NCBI GenBank assembly: GCA_003194425.1 | Contig: PQXB01000001.1 | Span: 730,444-762,443 of the forward strand | DNA length: 32,000 bases | Direction: 5' to 3' | Origin: Candidatus Methanophagaceae archaeon | GTDB lineage: Archaea; Halobacteriota; Syntropharchaeia; Alkanophagales; Methanospirareceae | The notes under the pieces: generated by a model | What the model was told of the DNA's origin: nothing | The model's input: the letters and a program-made list of their open reading frames with translations, nothing else | Database searches by the model: none | Translations under genes and position numbers: made by a program | In this document: positions 6,818 to 15,061 of the stretch, one piece after another | Numbering within the stretch: position 1 is the stretch's first letter | Layout of the letters: each line of letters begins with the position of its first letter

Positions 6818-8737
6818 GTGAAAAACGTTGCAACGCTTGTCTTCGCTTTTCTGCTGCTCTCTTCTTTAACCTCAACTTTTGCTTCTCCTCTCTCGGAAAC
6901 TGGAGAAAATGGAGCTCAAGCAGATTTGCTAATTACCGCGGTCTACCCTGACACCGCCACCAGGGGCGAGCAGGACGAGTTTGTCGCAGTCACCAACCCC
7001 CGCCCCCTCTCAGTAAACATCGAAGGCTGGAGCCTAACAGACAACGAGGGGCGAGTCGTCTTCCCCGCGTTTCAGCTCGCACCTGGCGAGACGATTTTTG
7101 TCTCGAGAAACGGCTCGGCATTCGTGAAGCAAATGAGCAACGCGACAAGTAGAACCCTCTCTCCCGCGTTCGAGTACGCTCAAATGCAGACCCAAGGAAG
7201 AGCGTTTGTGCTGCGAAACAGTGGCGACGAAGTGATTTTGCAGGACGAGAGCGGGCGGGTGGTGGACGCCCTCGTTTACGGCGACTCGGACTACAAAGCT
7301 AAAGAAGGCGGTGGGTGGCGAGGCGAGCCGTTGCGAAAGCCCGTCGAAGGAATGGTCTTCACGCGAAGGGGCGTTCAAGACCACCAAGACACGAACCAGC
7401 ACGAGGACTGGGTTCTGCTCCAACTCGGCGCTTCTTACCACGCACCCCAAAAATTTACCTTTTCCGGCTTCGACAGGGTCACCGCTTTTGTCTCGCCCGA
7501 CTGCAGCTTCTCGGTTCTGCAGCGCGAAATCGAAAACGCCTCCTCCTCGCTCTGCCTTAACCTCTACCAGTTCGAGAATCCCTACCTAACAGAGGCGGTC
7601 TTGGCGGCTTTGGAGAGGGGCGTGAGCGTCTCTCTACTGCTCGAGGGCAGTCCCGCAGGTGGGCTAAAGGACGAAGAGCTGTGCGTTGCCCAGTGGCTAA
7701 AAGAGGCAGGAGGAGAGGTTCGTTTTGCAGACGAGCCGTTCCTAAACCACGCAAAGTACGCAGTCTTTGACAACGAGACGACCGTCGTGATGAGTGAGAA
7801 CTGGAAGAGCACCGGCGTCCCCTGCAACAACACCTTCGGAAACCGCGGCTGGGGCGTCGTGGTAAAAAATGAGGCTGTGGCGAGTTACTTCAAAGCCGTC
7901 TTCTCCGAAGATTTCTACCGCGCTAAATCTACAGCAAGTGGACAGGGGGTAGAAGGGCAGGGGGTAGAAGAAGTGACGGAAGTAGCGGCGGTTTGTGAGG
8001 CGATGAAAACGAACAAGGCGGTGGCAGAAGGCTCTTACAGTCCTGTTTTCGAACCGCTTACGCTTTCTCAGAACAGCAACACCAACCTCACGGTAATTCC
8101 GGTTTTGGCTCCTGACACCGCTGTCTCGGTCTTGCGCCTGATAAACAGTGCAGAAGAGCGTGTTCTCGTAGAGCAGTTCTCGACAAGGAGATTCTGGGGG
8201 AAGGGAAAAGGAGAAGGAGAGAGCGAGGAAAACCCGTTTGTTACTGCACTGTTAAAAGCCGCGAGGCGGGGCTGCGAGGTCAAGGTTCTGCTGGATTCTA
8301 AGTATTTAGAGGGCACGGACAACAACGACGAGGTCGTCTCGTGGCTGAACGAGGTGGGGTGCGGGTCTGCGTTGAGAGTGGAGGCGAGGTTGGCGGACTT
8401 GGACTCGCTTGGTCTGGTAAAAATACACAGTAAGGGCGTGGTCGTGGACGGCGAGAAAGTACTCGTCTCCTCGTTGAACTGGAACGCGAACTCAATTTAC
8501 AACCGCGAAGCAGGCGTAATAATTGAGAACGAGGAGGTTGCGTCTTTCTTTGAGAAGGTCTTCTTTCACGACTGGAACGCGTCGGTAGAGAGCAGGGAGG
8601 AGAGAGGAGGAAGAGAGGAGGGAGGAGGAAGAGAGGAGGGAACACGCAGAAAAATAAAAATCGTGTGGCTGGCAGTGACGTTGGTTATTTCTTTCGCTAT
8701 TTTCTGGGCGGTCAAGTGGCATAAAAGTAGTAATTAA
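6818..8737 (+). CDS. exported, C-terminally membrane-anchored lamin-tail-domain (LTD) + double-HKD phospholipase-D-family enzyme (nuclease or phospholipase)
   Basis: 639-aa ORF with a GTG start. Signal peptide MKNVATLVFAFLLLSSLTSTFA/SP. LTD-like LLITAVYPD...EFVAVTNP...IEGWSLTD. HKD motif 1 HAKYAVFDNETTVVMSENW at 7748-7801 and HKD motif 2 HSKGVVVDGEKVLVSSLNW at 8426-8479. C-terminal TM segment IVWLAVTLVISFAIFWAV. Confidence 0.8.
   Translation: MKNVATLVFAFLLLSSLTSTFASPLSETGENGAQADLLITAVYPDTATRGEQDEFVAVTNPRPLSVNIEGWSLTDNEGRVVFPAFQLAPGETIFVSRNGSAFVKQMSNATSRTLSPAFEYAQMQTQGRAFVLRNSGDEVILQDESGRVVDALVYGDSDYKAKEGGGWRGEPLRKPVEGMVFTRRGVQDHQDTNQHEDWVLLQLGASYHAPQKFTFSGFDRVTAFVSPDCSFSVLQREIENASSSLCLNLYQFENPYLTEAVLAALERGVSVSLLLEGSPAGGLKDEELCVAQWLKEAGGEVRFADEPFLNHAKYAVFDNETTVVMSENWKSTGVPCNNTFGNRGWGVVVKNEAVASYFKAVFSEDFYRAKSTASGQGVEGQGVEEVTEVAAVCEAMKTNKAVAEGSYSPVFEPLTLSQNSNTNLTVIPVLAPDTAVSVLRLINSAEERVLVEQFSTRRFWGKGKGEGESEENPFVTALLKAARRGCEVKVLLDSKYLEGTDNNDEVVSWLNEVGCGSALRVEARLADLDSLGLVKIHSKGVVVDGEKVLVSSLNWNANSIYNREAGVIIENEEVASFFEKVFFHDWNASVESREERGGREEGGGREEGTRRKIKIVWLAVTLVISFAIFWAVKWHKSSN
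7943..7972. repeat. 2 x 15-nt in-frame repeat (cagggggtagaaggg; QGVEG/QGVEE)
   Basis: Copies at 7943 and 7958, between the two HKD domains. Confidence 0.85.
8606..8641. repeat. 2 x 18-nt perfect in-frame repeat (ggaggaagagaggaggga; GGREEG)
   Basis: Copies at 8606 and 8624, immediately before the C-terminal TM anchor. Confidence 0.9.
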
Positions 8738-8752
8738 GAAACGGAAGATGAG

Positions 8753-11700
8753 ATGAGTAAAATAAACGAGCTTCAGTTTGAGGGACGGGTCTTGAACTGG
8801 CTGCGAGAGATTATTGAGGCGGAAAAAAGACTTCCTTTTGAGGCTGACCAGGAGGTGCCGATAAACATAGACGGGGAGACGCTGCGTGCTGACCTCGTTA
8901 TTTGGGAGGATAAAGAGAGGACAAAAACAGCATGCATCATCGAATTGAAGCGACCTGAATACAACGGCTACTCGCTGGAGCTGACCGAGAATGCGATGCG
9001 GAAGGCGAATTTTCTTGGAGCACCTTTCTTCGCCACTTGGAATGTAAACGAGTTTGTCTTGTGGGAGACCTTTGAGGAGGGCACGCCTCTTTTGGAGCGG
9101 AGGCGATGGCATCAGAATGTTGTTGCGATAAAACGGCTTGAGGAGGTTGAGCGACGGGCGGTTGAGGAACGGTTGAAGCGGTTTCTGCAGGGCTTTCTCA
9201 CGAAGGACTTTTTTGAGATTTGTTTCGTGAAGAAGGGCGTTCCGACGCTGCCGCTGGACCGACTTTTCATCGACCGGTTGAGGTCTGCGGTGAATACTTT
9301 TTACATCCGCATCTCTGAAGACTTGCAGGCTGAGAGTGAGGAGAACGGGGAGTTCAGGCAGCGGTTGCGGGACTGGTTCGGAGAGCAGGGTTGGGTATTT
9401 GGAGAAAAGGAGGAGGATTTTGACCGTGTTGCGAGGTTGAGCGTGCTGCTGCTGATTGCGAAGGTTCTGTTCTACAATTTTCTTAAGGTGCGAGCGCCGG
9501 GGTTTGGGCTTAAGCCAATAAAGATTCTGACAGAGGACGCAGACAGGTTCAAGACGCAACTTTACAAATATTTTGGGCAGTGTTTTGGGTACGCCGAGTT
9601 CTTCAGGCGTGAGTTCGTGGACGACCTGCCGTTTCCGAACGACGAGGCGGTTGTAAGGCAGTTGAAGGGTTTTTTAAAGGAAATGGAACTCTACGACCTC
9701 TCGAAGATTGGGTACGAGGTGCTGGGGTCTATTTTTGAGAACTTAATTCCTGACGACGAGCGGCACAAGTTCGGGCAGCATTTCACGCGGTCTGATGTCG
9801 TGGACTTGATAATTGGGTTCTGCGTGAAGAGCGGAAAGGAGAGGGTCTTGGACCCGGCGTGCGGTGCAGGGACATTTCTGACGCGGGCGTACGTGCGGAA
9901 GAAGGCGAAGACGAGAGCGAAGAAGGAGCACAGCGAGATTTTGAGCGAGTTGAAGGGCGTGGAGATTGCAGAGTTTGGGTGCTACCTCACGAGAGTGAAC
10001 CTTGCGATAAAAGACATTTTCGCACGCGAGTTCTGTTCGAATGTGGAGAAAACGGACTTCTTTGATTTGGTTCCAGGAGAGCAGGCGAAGTTTGAGGCGG
10101 TGGTTACGAATCCACCGTACACGAGGCAGGAGGAGCTCGAGGCGACTTTCTCGCCTGGTTACAATTACAAGGCGAAACTGAAGAAAATCGCGAAGGAGGC
10201 GGGAGGCGGAGGCGGGCTTGAGGTGGGAAAGCGAATGAGCATTTACGGGTATTTTTTCTTTCACGCAGCGAGGTTTCTAGCAGAGAAGGGGCGGCTGGGG
10301 TTCGTTACTTCAAATTCGTGGCTTGATGTGGACTACGGGAAATATTTGCAGCAGTTCTTCCTGCGGAACTTCAAGGTCGTGGCGATTTTGGAGAGCAAGG
10401 AGGAGCGGTGGTTTGAGGCTGCGGATGTGAATACTTGCATTACTATTCTTGAGCGGTGCGATAAAGAAGGGTTGAGGAGAAAGAACCGGGTTAAGTTCGT
10501 TCAGTTGAAGAAGCCGTTGCAGGTGTTTGTGGAGCAGAGCGGGGGCGAGGAAGCGAGGTGGAAGAGCGTTGACAGGTTCGTGAGGTTCGTTGAAGGGAGT
10601 AAGGGATTTTACGAGGACGAGCGAGTCAAGATTTACGAGGTGGAGCAGGCGAAGTTGTGGGAGGAGGGTTTTGACGAGGTTTCGGGAAAATACGAGGGTG
10701 CGAAGTGGGGAAAGTATTTGCGGGCGCCCGCGATCTTCTTTAAGATCTTGGAGAAGGGTCGGGATTTGTTCGTGCCTTTGAGGGAGGTCGCGGAGGTTAG
10801 AAGGGGATTTACAACGGGAGCGAACGAGTTCTTTTACCTGACCGAGGAGGAGTTGAAGAAGTGGGGAATTGAGCGGGAGTTCTGGTGTCACAAAGAGGGC
10901 GAGGGAGAAGGAGGGAAGTGGGTGCCGAATTATGTGATAAAAAGCCCGCGGGAGTGCAGGTCGGTTGTCGTGAAGCCAGAGGATTTGAAGTACCGGGTTT
11001 TGATGATTCACAAGGAGAAGGCGGAGTTGAAGGGCACGAATGTGCTGAAATATATCGAGTGGGGCGAAGAAAGTCCGCGAGAGTTCCACAAAAGATCTAC
11101 TTGTGCTTCGAGGAAGAGGTGGTATGAACTTCCAGAAGTAAAAACCAATTTGACTTGGATAAAAGGTATCTGGGACAGGCACTTTATTCCAGCGGTAGAG
11201 TTTGAAATATTTGTTGATCAGCAATTATACCAACTCCAGCCAAAAGCCGAAAATGATCGTGAAATATTGTCCGCTTTACTCAACTCAACTTATTTCGCTA
11301 TTTTCCAAGAATTAATAGGTAGAGTAACTTTTGGCGAAGGGATATTATGGATTGCCGTATACGAACCTATTCAACTTCCTATTATAAATCCCAGAAAATT
11401 GGGTGATGAAAGAAAAAAGATTAAACTGACTTTTAAAAAATTAAGCCAAAGACAAGTTACTTCAGTCTTCGAAGAACTCGGGGCAACCACACCCGAAGAA
11501 GTCGCGTTAGAGAAAGTGAAGTCAGACCGAAGGGAGCTCGACGAAATAGTGATGGGCGAGATTTTGGGCTTGAGCGAAGAGGAGCAGTTGGAAGTTTACA
11601 GAGCGGTCGTGGATTTGGTGAGGTCGCGGCTGGAGAAGGCACGAAGCGTTCCGAGAAAGACGAAGAGGAAAGGAGTGGACGTGGAGGCGTTGGCGGAAGG

Positions 11701-12103
11701 TGTTTTGCGTGAAGTTGAGACGGGCGAGTTAAAGAAGTTTCCGGAGGATTTTATTGAAGCAGGAGAGGAGTGCAGAGAGATTGAAGTTCCGAGTGGGAAG
11801 GTGGTGGTGGGGTCGGACTTGCGTGGCTTCTTCGTGAAGGTCGGAGGTGCAAGCGGGGCGAGGATTGAGTGCGGGTCGCTGGAGGAGGCGAAGTTCATTG
11901 AGTTCGCGGTGCTGAACGGGAGCAGGAGAGTGAGGATTCCGAAGGACGAGCGGACGGTAAAAGAGGCGGTTGCGCGTTACGGCTCGGCTTACGACAGGTT
12001 TAAAAAGGTTGTAGCAGAGCAGACGAGGAGGAATATTCAGAATAGTAAGTTACGGAGGAAGGTGGAGGCGGCGGTTTGGGCGCAGGTGGTAACGAAGCAG
12101 TAG
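8753..12103 (+). CDS. Type IIG-like single-chain restriction-modification enzyme (N-terminal PD-(D/E)xK HSDR_N-type nuclease + gamma-class N6-adenine methyltransferase + TaqI_C/Eco57I-like specificity region + C-terminal extension)
   Basis: 1116-aa ORF. Nuclease motif ADLVIW...CIIELKRP (D47, E64, K66; 8891-8950). SAM motif I VLDPACGAGTFL (9845-9880). Motif IV NPPY (10109-10120). Specificity-region motif RRGFTTGANEFFYL, and RKRWYEL...LLNS. Confidence 0.85.
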   Translation: MSKINELQFEGRVLNWLREIIEAEKRLPFEADQEVPINIDGETLRADLVIWEDKERTKTACIIELKRPEYNGYSLELTENAMRKANFLGAPFFATWNVNEFVLWETFEEGTPLLERRRWHQNVVAIKRLEEVERRAVEERLKRFLQGFLTKDFFEICFVKKGVPTLPLDRLFIDRLRSAVNTFYIRISEDLQAESEENGEFRQRLRDWFGEQGWVFGEKEEDFDRVARLSVLLLIAKVLFYNFLKVRAPGFGLKPIKILTEDADRFKTQLYKYFGQCFGYAEFFRREFVDDLPFPNDEAVVRQLKGFLKEMELYDLSKIGYEVLGSIFENLIPDDERHKFGQHFTRSDVVDLIIGFCVKSGKERVLDPACGAGTFLTRAYVRKKAKTRAKKEHSEILSELKGVEIAEFGCYLTRVNLAIKDIFAREFCSNVEKTDFFDLVPGEQAKFEAVVTNPPYTRQEELEATFSPGYNYKAKLKKIAKEAGGGGGLEVGKRMSIYGYFFFHAARFLAEKGRLGFVTSNSWLDVDYGKYLQQFFLRNFKVVAILESKEERWFEAADVNTCITILERCDKEGLRRKNRVKFVQLKKPLQVFVEQSGGEEARWKSVDRFVRFVEGSKGFYEDERVKIYEVEQAKLWEEGFDEVSGKYEGAKWGKYLRAPAIFFKILEKGRDLFVPLREVAEVRRGFTTGANEFFYLTEEELKKWGIEREFWCHKEGEGEGGKWVPNYVIKSPRECRSVVVKPEDLKYRVLMIHKEKAELKGTNVLKYIEWGEESPREFHKRSTCASRKRWYELPEVKTNLTWIKGIWDRHFIPAVEFEIFVDQQLYQLQPKAENDREILSALLNSTYFAIFQELIGRVTFGEGILWIAVYEPIQLPIINPRKLGDERKKIKLTFKKLSQRQVTSVFEELGATTPEEVALEKVKSDRRELDEIVMGEILGLSEEEQLEVYRAVVDLVRSRLEKARSVPRKTKRKGVDVEALAEGVLREVETGELKKFPEDFIEAGEECREIEVPSGKVVVGSDLRGFFVKVGGASGARIECGSLEEAKFIEFAVLNGSRRVRIPKDERTVKEAVARYGSAYDRFKKVVAEQTRRNIQNSKLRRKVEAAVWAQVVTKQ

Positions 12104-12184
12104 TGAAGAGAGAGTTAGAGGGTTTTAGATCCCGCGTTTATTAAAATATTAAAAAAAGCAGGGATTTACAACAATATCTTGTTT

Positions 12185-12430
12185 ATGTTCTGGTACTCTA
12201 CAGTTATTTCCGGAGCCAGCATAATCCTTAATGCTTTGACCTACATAATTCCATATTTTATTGACAAATTTTTAATACTTTTAATATTCTTCTTAGCCTC
12301 GACTTTTTTAGTGCTTTACTCAGTATTCTCAGTAATATTGCTTGTAGGGACAACTATGCGGTACGGGTTGTACAGGGGGTTTTTTATAAAAAAAGAGGAG
12401 CGGGAGAAGAACAAGCCGGGAACGGCTTAA
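12185..12430 (+). CDS. small hydrophobic (2-3 TM) protein of unknown function in an AT-rich spacer
   Basis: The track ORF 12179..12430 starts at TTG; an ATG lies at 12185. The sequence MFWYSTVISGASIILNALTYIIPYFIDKFLILLIFFLASTFLVLYSVFSVILLVG is strongly hydrophobic with a charged tail KKEEREKNK. I recognise no family, and the AT-richness alone could generate such an ORF. Confidence 0.3.
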   Translation: MFWYSTVISGASIILNALTYIIPYFIDKFLILLIFFLASTFLVLYSVFSVILLVGTTMRYGLYRGFFIKKEEREKNKPGTA

Positions 12431-12511
12431 ATAGATCAAAACAAGATCAAAAGAGCAGTTTCATCGTTTCTCCAAATGAGTGCAGAGGGGAAAAGTTAAG
12501 GGTAAATTTAA

Positions 12512-12586
12512 TGGGCCCACGGAGATTTGAACTCCGGACCTCTCGGTTATCAGCCGAGCGCTCCAACCAAGCTAAGCTACGGGCCC
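12512..12586 (-). tRNA. tRNA-Ile (anticodon GAU)
   Basis: The minus strand GGGCCCGTAGCTTAGCTTGGTTGGAGCGCTCGGCTGATAACCGAGAGGTCCGGAGTTCAAATCTCCGTGGGCCCA folds as a cloverleaf. It has a 7-bp acceptor stem, D stem GCTT/GAGC, anticodon stem CTCGG/CCGAG with loop CTGATAA, and T arm CGGAG-TTCAAAT-CTCCG. No intron and no encoded CCA. Confidence 0.9.
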
Positions 12587-12660
12587 CTCTCTTTCTTTTC
12601 TAAATTATTTTGTTTTGTTTTGTTTTTATTCTTTTTATCTTTTGTCTTTTTTTCGCTCGC

Positions 12661-14229
12661 TCACTCGCCCTGCTCCTCCTGCACGACCGAGAGGAAGCGT
12701 TTTGTGACCGCGTCCTCGGCGAGTTGCATCAGCGTCTCCTTGTCCTTTATGCCGCTGAAGATGCCGAGCGGGAGTTGTGCGGCTGCCATCGTGGCGTGCC
12801 CGCCTGCAGAACCGATATCATCGAACGCGCGGGTAAACGCGTCGCCCAAATTTACTCTTATGTCCTTGCTCCGCCCCGAGACGCAGATTTTGTCCTCGCA
12901 GAGCCCGGTTACGATCGCGGTCGTAATTCCCTCGAGATTGAGAAGGTAGTCAGCAGCCTGCGGAATTGCGTCCCGGTTCGCCACATATCCTACGTTCGCT
13001 ATCAAATAACTGCCCTTTATTTTTTTGTGTAGAATCGCATTGCCCACGACATTCAGCATCTCGGTAGACATCGGCGGCGTCTCTATCTGCTCCAAGAGGT
13101 CTTTGTCCGCCTTTGCATTGAGGAACGCGGCGGCGAAAAAATCCGACGGGTGCGTCTCGCGTTTGAACCCGCCAGTGTCTGTCCGAATTCCGTGCAGAAG
13201 AGCGGTCGCCAAGACCTTGCCAACGGGAATGTTCAACTCTCGCAGATATTCGGTCATTATCGTCGCGGTCGCCCCGCAGTCTCTCCGAACCTCAAAAAAT
13301 TCTGCAGTTACCCCTCCCTTCCCCTTGCCGTTCGTGTTGTTCGCTACGTGGTGGTCGACGACGATGGCGACACTGCCCTTCGGATTTGGAGGCGGAGGCA
13401 GGAGGTTGTTCGCACCCGGAACCGAGGCGTCTACGAGCGCCAACTTGTCGTAGTCCTTCAACTCCTCTTCCCGCTCTACCCTCTGCATTTCTATCCCCAA
13501 AATGTTCACGAACGCCCGATTCACGTGGTGCCCGATTTCCCCGCGGTACAAAATGTCCGCCGAGACCCCCACACTCCTCGCAATCTGCTTTAGAGCGAGG
13601 GCAGAGGCGATTGCGTCTGGATCCGGACTGTCGTGAACGACAATTCCCAACCGCCCGCTCCCTTCGCCTTGCCCCGCCCCTTCTCCCTTCCCCGCCTCGC
13701 TTTTATTCTTATTTTTTGTCTCCTCAATCACGGCAGTCAGTTCTCTCGCCCGCCTCCGCGATTTCACGCCCTCCAGTGATTTTATCGCGGTTCTTGCAGC
13801 CGTCTCGGGAACAGACAAGACCACCTCAACGCCTGCCTCTTTGAAATCCTCTTTATCTGCAGGGTCAACCGCCCGCACTACTAAACAGGCGTTAGGCAGC
13901 CCCTGTCTCGCGTTCTTCACCGCTTTCCTGTTCGCTTCGCTGTCGCTGGTCAAAATAAAGACCGCTTCTGGCTCGCCGTCGGTTTTCTCCTTTACCCTCC
14001 CGACAACGCTCGGGTCAGAAATGTCACCGAGCAGAGTGACGAAACCTTCCTCCTTCAGCAGTTCCACCTTCTTCTCGTCCGCGTCTACGATGACAACCTC
14101 AACCCCCCGCTCTTTCAACTCCTTCACCACTGCGTAGCCAATTCTGCCGCAGCCAAAAATCACTTGCAGCACCTTACCTCCCCGCCTCGGCTTGTGCGCT
14201 GCCTTGCTCTCCCCTTCTTCTTCGCCCAT
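12661..14229 (-). CDS. DHH/DHHA1-family phosphoesterase with N-terminal TrkA-N (RCK, NAD-binding) domain
   Basis: 522-aa ORF. Rossmann-type VIFGCGRIGYAVVKEL...VVIVDAD. DHH motif IVVDHH. DHHA1 motif GSAGGHATMAAAQ. Low-complexity insert NKNKSEAGKGEGAGQGEGSG. Confidence 0.8.
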   Translation of the reverse strand: MGEEEGESKAAHKPRRGGKVLQVIFGCGRIGYAVVKELKERGVEVVIVDADEKKVELLKEEGFVTLLGDISDPSVVGRVKEKTDGEPEAVFILTSDSEANRKAVKNARQGLPNACLVVRAVDPADKEDFKEAGVEVVLSVPETAARTAIKSLEGVKSRRRARELTAVIEETKNKNKSEAGKGEGAGQGEGSGRLGIVVHDSPDPDAIASALALKQIARSVGVSADILYRGEIGHHVNRAFVNILGIEMQRVEREEELKDYDKLALVDASVPGANNLLPPPPNPKGSVAIVVDHHVANNTNGKGKGGVTAEFFEVRRDCGATATIMTEYLRELNIPVGKVLATALLHGIRTDTGGFKRETHPSDFFAAAFLNAKADKDLLEQIETPPMSTEMLNVVGNAILHKKIKGSYLIANVGYVANRDAIPQAADYLLNLEGITTAIVTGLCEDKICVSGRSKDIRVNLGDAFTRAFDDIGSAGGHATMAAAQLPLGIFSGIKDKETLMQLAEDAVTKRFLSVVQEEQGE

Positions 14230-14264
14230 CTGCTTTCTCGTCGAGTTGTTCTGTTTTTGGCTTA

Positions 14265-14307
14265 TTTTTAAACCCCTCTTTAAATTTTTTAAAACCCTCT
14301 TTAAAAA
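14265..14307. promoter_or_regulatory. duplicated about 20-nt TATA-containing module in the divergent DHH / mptE-like promoter region
   Basis: tttttaaacccctctttaaa (14265-14284) is followed by ttttttaaaaccctctttaaaaa (14285-14307). TATA-like tttaaa boxes lie about 27-35 nt from ATG 14317 (+) and from ATG 14229 (-). Confidence 0.45.
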
Positions 14308-14316
14308 TCAATTTAG

Positions 14317-15003
14317 ATGAAATACAAAACTTGGAAGCCGATTTACGAGGCGATTTTGGAGGATTTCAGAGATTTTGGGTTTGACCGGCGGAAGGACGAG
14401 GCGGCGGCGAGAGTAGCCTCTGAAATTCTGGAGAGGAAAAAAATTGAAGTAGGGGGGGAGAGAGTGAAGAGGAGAGTGGAGGAGTTAGTAAGAGGGAAGA
14501 CTGCAGTGGTCTGTGGCAACGCGCCCTGCTTGGAGAGCGATTTAAGAGAAGCGGGTTTTTCTTCCTCGTCTTCGTCTCACGATTCTGTTTCTGTTGTTGT
14601 AATCGCGGCAGACGGGGCTACTTCGGTCCTTCTACGCAACGCCCTGCTACCTGACATTGTAGTTACCGACCTCGACGGAGAGGTTGCTGACGAAATACAC
14701 GCAAACCGACTCGGCGCGGTGCTGGTGGTGCACGCTCACGGGGACAACATCGCGGCGCTGCGGAGCGTGTTGCCTGCGTTAAACGAGGAGGTGTTGTGCA
14801 CGACGCAGAGCAGACCTTTCCGCAACATTTACAACTTCGGCGGTTTCACGGACGGCGACAGGTGCGTGTTTCTCGCGAAGGAGTTTGGTGCGAGGCGGGT
14901 AGAACTTTTGGGTTTTGATTTCGAGGACGAGGGGGTGAGTGAGAGGAAGAGGAAGAAGTTGAAGTGGGCGAAGCGGCTGATTTCCATTTCAACCGCGCCG
15001 TAA
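14317..15003 (+). CDS. MptE-like 6-hydroxymethyl-7,8-dihydropterin pyrophosphokinase (DUF115 family)
   Basis: 228-aa ORF. Motifs VVCGNAPCL, IVVTDLDG and VVHAHGDN, with the GFDF tail, match archaeal MptE/DUF115 as I remember it. Confidence 0.65.
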   Translation: MKYKTWKPIYEAILEDFRDFGFDRRKDEAAARVASEILERKKIEVGGERVKRRVEELVRGKTAVVCGNAPCLESDLREAGFSSSSSSHDSVSVVVIAADGATSVLLRNALLPDIVVTDLDGEVADEIHANRLGAVLVVHAHGDNIAALRSVLPALNEEVLCTTQSRPFRNIYNFGGFTDGDRCVFLAKEFGARRVELLGFDFEDEGVSERKRKKLKWAKRLISISTAP

Positions 15004-15061
15004 TTCCGCCGCTCCTTCCCTGAAGGGCTGGGGCTTCCCTGCGACTCGTGAAGGAAAAAAT

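Noticed and set aside
8492-11224. Long minus-strand ORFs 8492..9559 (355 aa) and 10310..11224 (304 aa) antisense to the PLD/RM genes
   Set aside because: Their translations are Leu/Pro/Arg/Ser-rich low complexity with no recognisable motif. The + strand frames carry HKD, PD-ExK, SAM-binding and NPPY motifs. Purine-rich sense strands lack antisense stop codons, which explains the length of these ORFs.
6818-12103. BREX (PglX-like methylase) or DISARM (PLD DrmC + adenine methylase) assignment for the PLD + large methylase pair
   Set aside because: None of the other signature genes is in the window (brxA/B/C, pglZ, brxL; drmA helicase, DUF1998 drmB). The methylase has its own N-terminal PD-ExK nuclease, which is Type IIG-like. 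The PLD protein has an export signal and a membrane anchor.
12512-12586. tRNA-Ile as an integration (att) site with a direct repeat of its 3' end bounding an island
   Set aside because: By eye I found no second copy of the tRNA 3' segment (ggagatttgaactcc...) near 6810, 8740 or 12104. No integrase gene is present. Only compositional hints remain, and these are reported separately.
12527-13032. Plus-strand ORFs 12527..12949 and 12610..13032
   Set aside because: They overlap tRNA-Ile and run antisense to the well-supported TrkA-N/DHH gene.
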